DNA from: an uncultured Bdellovibrionales bacterium
GTDB lineage: Bacteria > Bdellovibrionota_C > UBA2361 > SZUA-149 > CAZDWZ01
Direction: 5' to 3'
Assembly: GCA_964405665.1 (NCBI GenBank)
Contig: CAYOOT010000001.1
Span: 30,046-94,045, forward strand
DNA: 64,000 nt
Shown: positions 20,374 to 30,189 of the stretch, one piece after another
How positions within the stretch are numbered: the stretch's first letter is position 1
Layout of the letters: each line of letters opens with the position of its first letter
Translations under genes and position numbers: made by a program
The notes under the pieces: model-generated
What the model saw: the letters and a program-made list of their open reading frames with translations, nothing else
What the model was told of the DNA's origin: nothing
Database searches by the model: none

Positions 20374-20988
20374 ATGAAAAAGATATTTTTATCCGTTTTT
20401 TTGGGCTTAGTTAATTTAAGCGTTTTATCAAGTTGTTCTCTATACAAATCGAAAAATGCTGATTTTCTAGAATCAGGGACTATTGTCATTAGTCATCAAG
20501 TTCCTCTTAAAGAATCTGTCGCCGGCTTCAATACTCCTGAAGAAAAACTTTTCGCTCCCTTAATTGGATATTTTCCTCCGACATTATCTTACCTGCCGGC
20601 CGATAATGAAACTTGGTTGGAAATTAATAAAGAAAATTCTAAAATTGCCTTATATAAAGGAAATGCTTTAATCAAAGAAATGAAAGTCGAGGGTATGGCC
20701 AGTTTACCTAATGGAGATTATTTTTTACAAAGAAAACAGAAAGAACCAATTTGGTATGCTCCGGATAATTATTTTACGAGCAGACAATTAAAAGTTCCCT
20801 CCGTAGAAGACAAACTACGTTATCGTAAAGGAGCTTTAGGTAAATTTGCATTGTTCCCTACCACCAGTTTTCCCATTCACTGTGCCCCTCTTTGGTCAGA
20901 AGATGTAGGCGGACTCAAAGTAGCACCAGCAGATTTGGCCTCAATATATTATATGATTCAGGTTGGTGCACCGATTGTTGTAAAATAG
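20374..20988 (+). CDS. Lipoprotein; a possible L,D-transpeptidase-like fold is not confirmed
   Basis: The internal ATG gives MKKIFLSVFLGLVNLSVLSSCS, a lipoprotein signal with the lipobox LSSC. The track ORF starts at 20305. It is adjacent to the transglycosylase gene. Confidence 0.45.
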   Translation: MKKIFLSVFLGLVNLSVLSSCSLYKSKNADFLESGTIVISHQVPLKESVAGFNTPEEKLFAPLIGYFPPTLSYLPADNETWLEINKENSKIALYKGNALIKEMKVEGMASLPNGDYFLQRKQKEPIWYAPDNYFTSRQLKVPSVEDKLRYRKGALGKFALFPTTSFPIHCAPLWSEDVGGLKVAPADLASIYYMIQVGAPIVVK

Positions 20989-20993
20989 GGCAG

Positions 20994-22214
20994 TTATTTA
21001 TTAATAATATTTTCAAAATTATTAATAATCTTCTTAATATCAAAATGATTCAAGGCAGCGTTTCTTGCTTTTTCTCTAAGCAGGTTCCCGTCTTTACTTA
21101 AGACTTCCATCAAATGTTCGATACAATCACAAATTGCCTGAGGAGTATATTCGGTAAAAACAAAACCTCCTTCATCAATAAAGTCTTTTGTTCCGTTTGT
21201 TTTTCCGAGAATTACTGGTACCCCGCTAGCAAGAGCCTCAGCAATCGAGGAGCCAAAATTTTCACCTTCGCTGGTTTGTATTACCAAATCTGTTTGTCGT
21301 AAAAGTTCAGGGACTGAGTTCTTGGCAATATTTGGTGTATATTCAATATATTCTTTGAATTTGTGATTAACTAATAGTTTTTGATATTGCGGAGCATAGG
21401 AAAACCCTCCGATTATTTTCAAGCGAACATTCTTATGTTTTTGACAAAGTAATTCAAAAGCAGAAAGCAGTAGATCAATTCTTTTTCTGGGAACATTTCT
21501 TCCCAACCAAAGAATTTGAAAGGTTTTATTTTCCCTAGGAAGCAATGGTTGATAATTAAAAACATTTAAATCAATAGGATAAGGTAAAAAGTGGACCTTA
21601 CTGCTATTGATTCCTGCACTAATCATTTCTTCTTTAGACCAGGAACTTCCACAAATTAATTGATCCGAGGCTTGATCCAATTTTGTCTCATTCAGTCTTT
21701 TAAATAAATAACCGAATTTTAATTTAAGAAAGCAAAAAAGTCCGCAATGCTTAATGATATTGCCGGCGAGCTTATTAATGAATAATTCTTCGGTATGCGC
21801 AGGACTCTGTAGCCAACTAATAGTTCGGATTTCAGGAATTGAAAATTTCGCCGATAGTCCTAAAAAAATTAAATAATCAAATTTGATCTTAGTATGATAC
21901 TCTAATATTAGTTTTTTATAAGTTTTATTTTGTAAACCAACAGTTAGTGCTTCTACTAAAAAAAGCCAATAATATGATTTTTTCAAAAGAGGCAACCTGG
22001 TTAAAAACTTTTTAAGTTTATTTTCCGGTATCAAAATCGGCTTATAATTTTCCAAGGAAGTAAAACAAGGATTAAAATCTTCTGCTATAGCAAAATTATA
22101 TATCTCATAATTTCGATTAAGTAATTCTTTAACAATAAAATAATTGGCAGAGACAACGCTTCCTCCGTTGGGATCAAAAATTCCTATAATTACTGCTTTG
22201 GGAACACGGGTCAT
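20994..22214 (-). CDS. Glycosyltransferase family 1
   Basis: It has a GT-B C-terminal motif (NFGSSIAEALASGVPVILGKTNG). Confidence 0.7.
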   Translation of the reverse strand: MTRVPKAVIIGIFDPNGGSVVSANYFIVKELLNRNYEIYNFAIAEDFNPCFTSLENYKPILIPENKLKKFLTRLPLLKKSYYWLFLVEALTVGLQNKTYKKLILEYHTKIKFDYLIFLGLSAKFSIPEIRTISWLQSPAHTEELFINKLAGNIIKHCGLFCFLKLKFGYLFKRLNETKLDQASDQLICGSSWSKEEMISAGINSSKVHFLPYPIDLNVFNYQPLLPRENKTFQILWLGRNVPRKRIDLLLSAFELLCQKHKNVRLKIIGGFSYAPQYQKLLVNHKFKEYIEYTPNIAKNSVPELLRQTDLVIQTSEGENFGSSIAEALASGVPVILGKTNGTKDFIDEGGFVFTEYTPQAICDCIEHLMEVLSKDGNLLREKARNAALNHFDIKKIINNFENIINK

Positions 22215-22335
22215 ATTATTAATTCTTGTAAATTTAAAGAAAAGTAAAATAAACGATACTATTCATGTTCTGATCTGGCAATAGATTAATCCTGCTAAGA
22301 TTTGTAGAAGCAAGGAGAAGTATTTTCTTTAATCT

Positions 22336-23976
22336 CTAATATTCTCCAAAAACTTCTCTTAAAGTATCGGAAATCTCACCCAAGGTGACAGAATTCTCCA
22401 CTGCTGCAATCACGGCAGGAACAATATTTTGATTTAAAGAAGCTACTTTTCTTAGATTTTTTAAAGAAGCTTCTACATTTCTCATTTCACGTCTGGCTTT
22501 TAATTGAGCTAAATTTTTCTTCTGCTGTTCTTCTAAAGCCGGATTGATCTTTAAAAGATTAATCTTGGTATCTGCTTCTTCCTTAAATGCGTTCACGCCA
22601 ACAATTTTTTGCTCACCCCGATCGATTAATTGTTGATATTTAAAAGCAGATTCTTCAATTATTTTTTGGGGAAAATCTTGTTCAATTGCTTTAATCATGC
22701 CCCCTAAAGAATCTATCTTTTTAATTAGTTCACAAGATTTTTCTTCTATCTGATCTGTTAAATTTTCAATAACATAACTGCCGGCAAAGGGATCCACAAA
22801 ATCGGCAACTCCACTTTCATAGGCAATCACTTGCTGCGTCCTCAGAGCAAGTTTTGCCGATTCTTCAGTGGGCAAGCACAGCGCTTCGTCATAAGAATTT
22901 GTGTGCAATGATTGCGTTCCTCCGAAAACAGCGGAAAGTGCCTGCAATGTGGTACGCACCGAATTGACAAGCGGCTGCTGGGCGGTCAAAGAAGAGCCGG
23001 CAGTTTGCGTATGAAAACGAAGCTGCAGCGAACGTTCATTTTTCGCCGAAAATCTTTCTTTCATAATTTTAGCCCACATTCTCCGAGCAGCACGGAACTT
23101 GGCCACTTCTTCCAAAAAATTATTATGGCAATTAAAAAAGAAAGCGAGTCTTTGCGCAAAAGAATCAATTTTCAATCCTCGATCGAGGGCCGCTTGCACA
23201 TAGGCAATTCCGTTGGCTAAAGTAAAAGCTACTTCTTCAACAGCAGAAGATCCTGCTTCCCGAATATGATATCCGGAAATACTGATTGTATACCATTCCG
23301 GAACATAATCTTTACAAAATTCAAAAATATCTGTAGCAATTTTCAGTGCCGCTTTTGGTGGATAAACATAAGTTCCCCGAGCGATGTATTCTTTCAAGAC
23401 ATCATTCTGCACAGTTCCTCTTAACTTTGACCAATCAATATTTCTTTTCTTGGCAAGAGCTAAATATAATGCAAGAAGAATATGAGCAGTGGAATTTATC
23501 GTCATGCTGGTTGATATTTTTGATAAATCAATTCCTTTAAAAAGTTGATCAATATCTTCTAAGGAATCAATTGCCACCCCCACCCGCCCAACTTCGCCAG
23601 CGGCTAATTGATGATCGGAATCTCGACCCATCTGAGTTGGCAAGTCAAAGGCCACGCTCAAGCCACTGATGCCTTGGGACAACAAATAATGATACCGTTT
23701 ATTGGTTTCTTCTGCAGTTCCAAAGCCGGAATACTGTCTCATTGTCCACAAACGACCACGGTACATATCTGCTTGTACGCCACGAGTAAAAGGGTATTCA
23801 CCGGGGAAACCTATTTGATCCAAAAAGTATTCTGCTGAAAAATTATGCTTATTGGGTCCATAAAGTTCAGCTATTTCAATTTCGGAACTGGTAAAACGTT
23901 TTACAGCCTTAGATTGCACCTCCGAGTTTTTTTTCTTCCATTTTTGCTCTGCAGCTTGAATCTTTCTCAGTGACAA
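22336..23976 (-). CDS. Methylmalonyl-CoA mutase catalytic (TIM-barrel) subunit without a B12-binding domain
   Basis: Classic mutase blocks are present ([47 protein letters not shown]). The ORF ends before any DxHxxG cobalamin domain. Confidence 0.85.
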   Translation of the reverse strand: MSLRKIQAAEQKWKKKNSEVQSKAVKRFTSSEIEIAELYGPNKHNFSAEYFLDQIGFPGEYPFTRGVQADMYRGRLWTMRQYSGFGTAEETNKRYHYLLSQGISGLSVAFDLPTQMGRDSDHQLAAGEVGRVGVAIDSLEDIDQLFKGIDLSKISTSMTINSTAHILLALYLALAKKRNIDWSKLRGTVQNDVLKEYIARGTYVYPPKAALKIATDIFEFCKDYVPEWYTISISGYHIREAGSSAVEEVAFTLANGIAYVQAALDRGLKIDSFAQRLAFFFNCHNNFLEEVAKFRAARRMWAKIMKERFSAKNERSLQLRFHTQTAGSSLTAQQPLVNSVRTTLQALSAVFGGTQSLHTNSYDEALCLPTEESAKLALRTQQVIAYESGVADFVDPFAGSYVIENLTDQIEEKSCELIKKIDSLGGMIKAIEQDFPQKIIEESAFKYQQLIDRGEQKIVGVNAFKEEADTKINLLKINPALEEQQKKNLAQLKARREMRNVEASLKNLRKVASLNQNIVPAVIAAVENSVTLGEISDTLREVFGEY

Positions 23977-24053
23977 ATAAGCCTCCTATGTTTATGCTTA
24001 AACCTATACTAGGAATTAGAGGCTTTCAAGATAATAAAATATAAAAAACAAAT

Positions 24054-25601
24054 ATGTCATTAAAACAACTAGCTGAACTAAGAAAAAAGCATGCAGAAGC
24101 AGAATTAGGTGGAGGTAAGGACAGACTTAAACAACAACGAGACAAAGGCAAACTTACCGCCAGGGAACGTATCGCCAAACTTCTAGATCCCGGTACTTTC
24201 GTAGAACTAGACAAGTTTGTAAGCCACCGCTGCATGAATTTTGATTTGGAAAAGCAGATTTATTTGGGTGATGGGGTAATTACCGGATATGGTTTGATTG
24301 AAGAAAGACAGGTTTTTATTTTTTCGCAGGATTTTTCTGTCTTTGGCGGTTCACTTTCAGAAACCTATGCTAAAAAAATCTGCAAAATTATGGATCTTGC
24401 TCTGGAAGTGGGTTGCCCCATAATCGGTTTAAACGATAGCGGAGGTGCAAGAATTCAAGAAGGCGTGCAAAGTCTTGCCGGTTATGCCGATATTTTTTTA
24501 AGAAATGTTTTGTCCTCCGGAGTTGTTCCACAAATTTCTGCAATCTTAGGACCTTGTGCCGGAGGAGCAGTATATTCACCGGCAATCACTGATTTTATTT
24601 TTATGACAGAACAAATCAGTCATATGTTTATTACCGGCCCGGAAGTGATTAAGACTGTAACCAAAGAAGAAGTCTCCAAGGAAGATTTGGGTGGGGCCTG
24701 GACACATAATGAAAAAAGCGGCGTTGCCCATTTTCTAACTTCTTCCGAAGAGGAATGTTTTTTGCAAATTAGAAGACTTCTCAGTTTCATCCCGCAATCC
24801 AACAAAAATAAATCCTTAAAGATAAGTTCAAATGATAGTCCGAATCGGAAAGAGGAAAGCCTTAATAACTTTATTCCAGAACAGTCTAATCAAGCCTATG
24901 ATATGAAAGAATTAATTCTGAAAATAGTTGATTCGGAAGATTTTTTGGAAATACAGCCTCTTTTTGCAAAAAATATTATTGTCGGTTTTGCACGACTAAA
25001 TGGTAATAGTGTAGGAATAATCGGCAATCAACCAATGCACTTAGCGGGATGCTTGGATATTGATGCCAGCACAAAGGCCGCTCGTTTCATCAGATTTTGT
25101 GATGCATTTAATATTCCATTGCTTACCTTTGTCGATGTTCCAGGATTTTTACCCGGGACAAAACAAGAGTATGGAGGAATCATCAGACATGGGGCAAAGT
25201 TACTATATGCTTACGCTGAAGCAACCGTTCCTAAAATAGCTTTAATTACCAGAAAGGCTTATGGCGGCGCTTATGATGTAATGAGTTCAAAACATTTACG
25301 CTCCGATATCAATCTGGCTTATCCCAGTGCCGAAGTTGCCGTAATGGGTCCCGAAGGCGCAGTGAATATTATCTTTAAAAATGAGATAACAGCAGCAAAA
25401 AATCCCAAGGAGAAGCAGGAAGAATTAGTGAAAGAGTATAAAGAACATTTTGCCAATCCTTGGATGGTGGCAGCTCTAGGTTATGTTGATGCTGTAATTG
25501 AGCCTGCCGAGACAAGAATCCATTTAATTCGTTCTCTGGAAATGTTAGAAAATAAATTACAAACTAATCCTAAAAGAAAACACGGCAATATCCCATTATA
25601 A
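24054..25601 (+). CDS. Propionyl-CoA carboxylase beta chain / methylmalonyl-CoA carboxyltransferase (12S-type)
   Basis: It has the carboxyltransferase blocks [40 protein letters not shown] and a PccB-like C-terminus. Confidence 0.85.
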   Translation: MSLKQLAELRKKHAEAELGGGKDRLKQQRDKGKLTARERIAKLLDPGTFVELDKFVSHRCMNFDLEKQIYLGDGVITGYGLIEERQVFIFSQDFSVFGGSLSETYAKKICKIMDLALEVGCPIIGLNDSGGARIQEGVQSLAGYADIFLRNVLSSGVVPQISAILGPCAGGAVYSPAITDFIFMTEQISHMFITGPEVIKTVTKEEVSKEDLGGAWTHNEKSGVAHFLTSSEEECFLQIRRLLSFIPQSNKNKSLKISSNDSPNRKEESLNNFIPEQSNQAYDMKELILKIVDSEDFLEIQPLFAKNIIVGFARLNGNSVGIIGNQPMHLAGCLDIDASTKAARFIRFCDAFNIPLLTFVDVPGFLPGTKQEYGGIIRHGAKLLYAYAEATVPKIALITRKAYGGAYDVMSSKHLRSDINLAYPSAEVAVMGPEGAVNIIFKNEITAAKNPKEKQEELVKEYKEHFANPWMVAALGYVDAVIEPAETRIHLIRSLEMLENKLQTNPKRKHGNIPL

Positions 25602-25699
25602 AATGAAAGAAAAAACCTCAGAGGAAATAATAATCGCCATTGCCACCGCTCTTTTATTTAATGAGCAGGAAAGTTTAAGTCCCCAAGGAAAAATTATCT

Positions 25700-26173
25700 A
25701 TGCTCCTCGAACTGACCTTTTATCTTTTAATCAAACTTCAGACAGCGCAGAAGATGAGTAACAAAATAAGTGTTCTAGTTAATGGCAGTAAATTTGAAAT
25801 AGAACTAATTTCTCGTTCTCGGGAACAAGTAAAATTTTTCTTTGAAGATCGAGAATATCTTGTTGAATTTGAAAAAGAAGTCCCTCAAAAAAATACTTTA
25901 AAAAAAACTGCCGCAACAACTCATCCCCAAAAAACTACTGCTCTTCAAAAAGATGGAAAATTGTTAATTCTCTCCCCATTGCCGGGATTCATTTCTTCAA
26001 TCAATGTTTCTCGGGGGCAAGAAATTAAAATTGGTGATTTACTTTTACAATTTGAAGCAATGAAAATGCAAAATAGTATTTTTGCTCAGACTGAGGGGAA
26101 AATAAAAAATATTTTTGTTAGTTTAGGAAGTGAAATAAAAGAAGGTGAATTGTTGATGGAGATTGAAACATAA
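25700..26173 (+). CDS. Biotin carboxyl carrier (biotinyl/lipoyl domain) protein
   Basis: The C-terminal biotinyl domain carries EAMKM. The true start is possibly the MSNKIS Met at about 25757. Confidence 0.7.
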   Translation: MLLELTFYLLIKLQTAQKMSNKISVLVNGSKFEIELISRSREQVKFFFEDREYLVEFEKEVPQKNTLKKTAATTHPQKTTALQKDGKLLILSPLPGFISSINVSRGQEIKIGDLLLQFEAMKMQNSIFAQTEGKIKNIFVSLGSEIKEGELLMEIET

Positions 26174-26181
26174 TATCTTAT

Positions 26182-26212
26182 GTAGGGGCGCCCATCGAAT
26201 GGGTGCCCCTAC
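26182..26212 (+). terminator. GC-rich hairpin (13-bp stem) 9 bp after the carrier stop. It is a candidate intrinsic/bidirectional terminator and member 1 of a repeated element.
   Basis: The palindrome is GTAGGGGCGCCCATCGAATGGGTGCCCCTAC, followed by a T-rich run. A convergent tRNA lies just downstream. Confidence 0.6.
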
Positions 26213-26238
26213 GGTATTTCAAACAGTATTTAAATCAA

Positions 26239-26314
<76 letters not shown>

Positions 26315-26375
26315 ATAGTTAAAGTATTAAATTAGATTTGTTCTGAATTGTCAAATTAGGATGCAAAACGATCTC

Positions 26376-27287
26376 TTAAGACTTACGCTGAATTTGTCTT
26401 TGATATTTACTCTTGTCCCCTTCTTTGCTTGCCCAAAACACAATGTTTTCCGAATTAAAATTACCAGCTAATTTTTTAGGGCCGCCTTTAACCATTTTAA
26501 TTAATGCATCCTTGGAAAAATTAAGTTCTTTGGTATTAATTATTAAGAGATCCGAAACTTCACCTTTAAACTCACCATTTTCCATCACTGGAGGCGCAAA
26601 GTCCATATTCGCTATTGTACTTTTATAAGCAACCTCGGGGAAATTATAGCCTCCTAAAAACAAGGGCTCTGCAAGTTCTGGATCTCTTGCTTCAGCGGCA
26701 GCAACCGCACTGTTGTCATTTTTTTCAGTCTCCAATTGAAAGTCAGAGGGATTTGTTATTTCTTCTAAAAATAAGTTCACTGCCTCACTTTTTTTAAAAA
26801 TCATGGTAATTGCATACCAATGTTTCTTTTTAAATTTCACTTTTTCAAAAGTGTACCAGGAATTGTTTTCTTTATCCGTTCCTTGAAAATAGACCTCCGG
26901 ACGAACGGAAGTGCTAAGTCTTTTAATTCCCAAAGCCCAACCAGAATAAGGAGCTTGATCTAAATATTTGCCGATAATTTTTTGTCGTCGGCCCTGCTTG
27001 GGAAGTTCATCAATTTTCAGATAAGAACTTACAATAAAAAAATTATCGGCAGAAGGATCGAGATTATTATCAGAATTAATTGTTAAAAAATCACTTTTCC
27101 CTTCTTGTTCTTCGGTCTGAAATTGAGAGGGGAGTATTTCTTTTATCGCTTCCGTATCTAGTGCCGCTCTTTTATAAATTAAATTCTGTTCAATATTTTT
27201 TGAATTATTGGAAAAATAAACTGCAAAAGATACAGGAAGTAACAAACCTAAAGAAAAAAGTAAGAGATATGTAATGATCCTTCGCAC
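26376..27287 (-). CDS. Secreted LamG/concanavalin-like domain protein (hypothetical)
   Basis: It has an N-terminal signal peptide and a LamG-like block (NFFIVSSYLKIDELP...GWALGI...WYTFEKVKF..HWYAITMIF). Confidence 0.4.
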   Translation of the reverse strand: MRRIITYLLLFSLGLLLPVSFAVYFSNNSKNIEQNLIYKRAALDTEAIKEILPSQFQTEEQEGKSDFLTINSDNNLDPSADNFFIVSSYLKIDELPKQGRRQKIIGKYLDQAPYSGWALGIKRLSTSVRPEVYFQGTDKENNSWYTFEKVKFKKKHWYAITMIFKKSEAVNLFLEEITNPSDFQLETEKNDNSAVAAAEARDPELAEPLFLGGYNFPEVAYKSTIANMDFAPPVMENGEFKGEVSDLLIINTKELNFSKDALIKMVKGGPKKLAGNFNSENIVFWASKEGDKSKYQRQIQRKS

Positions 27288-27329
27288 AAATTGACTATTG
27301 ATAACTTGTCTAACTGCTTAAAGAGGAAA

Positions 27330-27857
27330 TTATTCTTCCCCTTCTTCTTCTGAAATTTCTTCCAGAGCATTTCTGGCCTCAGCAACCGCCTGTTGCTCAT
27401 CTTCTTTAGTTGACTTTCTGGCACTCACCATAACTGAAATTAAACCCTCGACTTCCTGATGAAGTTTTACGGCAACTTTATGTTCTCCCAGTTTTTTAAT
27501 TGGTTCGGTAAGCAGCACTCGTCTGCGATCAACTTCATAGCCAAGTTCCACTAACTTTTGTGCAATATCTCTTGCGCCGATTGAACCATATACTTTGTTG
27601 TGCTCACCAACTCTAAGTTCCAAATCTATTTTTACATTGCTTAAATTTTCTGCTCGATCCAAAGCAGCAACTTTTAATTTCTTTTTCTTGGCTTCAATTT
27701 GCTTCATCCAATGAGCAAGTTGCTTAGCACTTGCTGTGCCTGTTTCCCGAGCCAAACCTCGAGGAATTAAAAAATTTCTGGCATATCCGGCTTTTACTTT
27801 TACAGTTTCGCCAATATCTCCCAGTCCGGCAACATCATCAGTCAGTATTATATGCAT
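27330..27857 (-). CDS. rplI: 50S ribosomal protein L9 with an acidic C-terminal tail
   Basis: The N-terminus MHIILTDDVAGLGDIGETVKVKAGYARNFLIPRGLA matches L9. The C-terminus ends EEISEEEGEE. Confidence 0.9.
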   Translation of the reverse strand: MHIILTDDVAGLGDIGETVKVKAGYARNFLIPRGLARETGTASAKQLAHWMKQIEAKKKKLKVAALDRAENLSNVKIDLELRVGEHNKVYGSIGARDIAQKLVELGYEVDRRRVLLTEPIKKLGEHKVAVKLHQEVEGLISVMVSARKSTKEDEQQAVAEARNALEEISEEEGEE

Positions 27858-27874
27858 AAAATTCTCCTAAAAAT

Positions 27875-28255
27875 TTATACTAGGGCTTCATCCACTTCCA
27901 AGGCAGGCAATATTTCCGGAAGCTCTCTCTTTTCATCATAAGCAGATTTTTGTAGATCCGGAGCATACTGATCTTTATTGACAATCAAAGAACGCAATAC
28001 TGTTTCATTAATTCTCAATTGTCTTCTTAAATCAGCTACGACAGTCGATTGACCATTAAAAACCAAAACTACATAAATTGCTTTGGACTTGCCGGAGATT
28101 TCATAAGCCAGTTCTTTTCTGCCCCAAAAATCATTTTTCTCGATTTCACCTTGATGAGACTTAATAACAGTTGAAATTTTTTCAACTTGTTGAGCTACAT
28201 CTTCATCACTCAAAGCGGGATCAAAAATCACCACTACTTCATATCTTTTGTTCAT
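27875..28255 (-). CDS. rpsF: 30S ribosomal protein S6
   Basis: The N-terminus MNKRYEVVVIFDPALSDEDV...GRKELAYEI matches S6. Confidence 0.9.
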   Translation of the reverse strand: MNKRYEVVVIFDPALSDEDVAQQVEKISTVIKSHQGEIEKNDFWGRKELAYEISGKSKAIYVVLVFNGQSTVVADLRRQLRINETVLRSLIVNKDQYAPDLQKSAYDEKRELPEILPALEVDEALV

Positions 28256-28362
28256 TATTTATACCTACTTAATTTCAAAATTTTAAAGCCGATCTTTAGC
28301 TTTTAGGGAATGGTGCTTCTATAATTTTTTTAAGAAAACTGCAACTAATCAAAGAAATCTGC

Positions 28363-30189
28363 CTAAATCAAATAGGCAAATAACAAACATAGTAATGGCA
28401 GCATTTTGATGAGAAATATTTGGTGGGCGACTAATCCTCTTGATTTTATTGTACATTTATCATTTACCACTATTTCTTTTCTGCTAGAAACAAAAACCAA
28501 AGGAAGACTAGCCAAAAGACAGGATAAAGAAAAAGCACCTAAAGCATCTTTTCCCAGAAGTATTCCAATTAAAAAAGGCAAAACCAAAAGTATCGCAAAA
28601 TTAACAATGATCGCTTTTTCACTAAACTCTTGCAAATCTTCTCTTGAATAATCTTTATTAAGAAAATCCACTATCTTGGAAAGCAATAAGGCACTGGCAA
28701 AGCCAGGGGAACAAAAACCAAGGAGCAAGCCAGCAATTACATAGAGATCAGTTAAAACTAATTCATCAAGTTGTGCTGACTGAGTATAGGCAATAAACAA
28801 ACAGATTGCCGTAATAATACTGGCAAAACGTAAATAAGCTCCTCCTTGACTTGCCGCTTTATTGCCAATTTCCTTAAGTTCCAAAAGACTGTTTTTTGTT
28901 TCGGCATCCAAATCTGAAACTTCTGCAATAGCATTGGCACTGGCCGCGATTTGCCCAAAAGAATGAATACTATAATTTATCGCCAATACAGAGAATAAGG
29001 AAACGCCCCCAATGGCAAACCCATAGGCTCCCGCAAAATAATTCATCAACAACATCACCACTGCCAACAAAACAAGTTGAGAAATCACTTCCAGCGAAGA
29101 ACATTCTTCCAATTTCAACAGTTTGCTTAAAGCACTTTCTATTCTTTGTTGAATTTTAAAATAAAAAACCAGGATTCCGACAATTGCTCCCAGCAAAACC
29201 ACCGCTAAAACTTTGAATTTTACAGGTGAAAAAATTAAAAGAAATGAAAAAATTAAAAATAAAGAAGTGGACATTAGACTTGCCACGCTCAGCGCTCTTT
29301 CTGGGTCTTCGTCTTTATAATTTTTTACCAGTTTTATTCCAATAATCGAACTGATTATTCCCAATAAAGACAAAATTAAGGGAACAGCCATTAGTAAAAA
29401 ATTAAACTTATCTAATTCTTCGGCAGGAAAATCTAAAGAGGCTGTGGTGAGAATAGTTAACAACTCCGGAGTGGCCGAGGCGGCAATAATGATTGCCGCT
29501 GTAAGCAAAGAAAGACAACAGACAAAATAATCAAGGCCGGTATATATCAATAAAAGCTGACTCTCTTTAAAAGAATCTTCCAAGGAATCTTTTTTGGTGG
29601 CAGCAATCGAAGCTTCCAAAATGCAAGCTTTAAACAAGATGATATAAGCAACTAATGCTGCTCCAAAAGTAAAGCAAATAAAATATTGTACCGAATAAGC
29701 AGAATTAAAAAAATAAAATAATAAACCAAAACCAAGAAGGATTGTACTTCCAAAGGATAAACCGGAAATTGCCGAACCACAGAAACAAAGATAAAATGCT
29801 TCATTTCTACCTTTATCTTTTGCTACCGCCACTGCCCGAATATTAGCTTCAGTCACGGCAATTGAGGCAAAATATAAAGGAATTAAAATACAAGCTCCTC
29901 CAAAAACAAAACTTAAAGCACCGAGGAGTCCAAAAGATGAATTGAAAAATAAAATTAAACCGAGTACGGAAATAAAAATTATTAAAGTTTTACTTTGAAA
30001 TTTAAAAAAGTTCCTAATCATCGAAGCAAGAGCATGTTGCGCCTCCTGCATTTTTGCGGTTCCTGTTGATTCGATTAAAAGAGAATTGTAAATTTCAAAA
30101 GCAGTGATTAAACCCACGGCTCCGGCAACCGGAACAAAAATGGTAATTAAGGAATTAAACCAATAAAGTAATTTTGTAAAAAAGCTCAT
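28363..30189 (-). CDS. Polytopic membrane protein, possibly a divergent and catalytically degenerate homologue of membrane pyrophosphatases
   Basis: It has about 14 to 16 TM segments. By eye it is co-linear with M-PPase blocks (ANIRAVAVA...AFY..GSAISGLSFGSTILLGFGLL resembles ANARTT..AFRSGAVMG..GLGLL). It lacks the Asp-rich catalytic motifs GGxYTKAADVGADL and DNVGDNVGD. Confidence 0.3.
   Translation of the reverse strand: MSFFTKLLYWFNSLITIFVPVAGAVGLITAFEIYNSLLIESTGTAKMQEAQHALASMIRNFFKFQSKTLIIFISVLGLILFFNSSFGLLGALSFVFGGACILIPLYFASIAVTEANIRAVAVAKDKGRNEAFYLCFCGSAISGLSFGSTILLGFGLLFYFFNSAYSVQYFICFTFGAALVAYIILFKACILEASIAATKKDSLEDSFKESQLLLIYTGLDYFVCCLSLLTAAIIIAASATPELLTILTTASLDFPAEELDKFNFLLMAVPLILSLLGIISSIIGIKLVKNYKDEDPERALSVASLMSTSLFLIFSFLLIFSPVKFKVLAVVLLGAIVGILVFYFKIQQRIESALSKLLKLEECSSLEVISQLVLLAVVMLLMNYFAGAYGFAIGGVSLFSVLAINYSIHSFGQIAASANAIAEVSDLDAETKNSLLELKEIGNKAASQGGAYLRFASIITAICLFIAYTQSAQLDELVLTDLYVIAGLLLGFCSPGFASALLLSKIVDFLNKDYSREDLQEFSEKAIIVNFAILLVLPFLIGILLGKDALGAFSLSCLLASLPLVFVSSRKEIVVNDKCTIKSRGLVAHQIFLIKMLPLLCLLFAYLI

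Noticed and set aside
20305-20988. Calling 20305..20988 an L,D-transpeptidase
   Set aside because: The canonical YkuD catalytic signature (HGT...SHGC[IV]R) is not evident. Only IHCAPL is present. I kept it as a lipoprotein of uncertain function.
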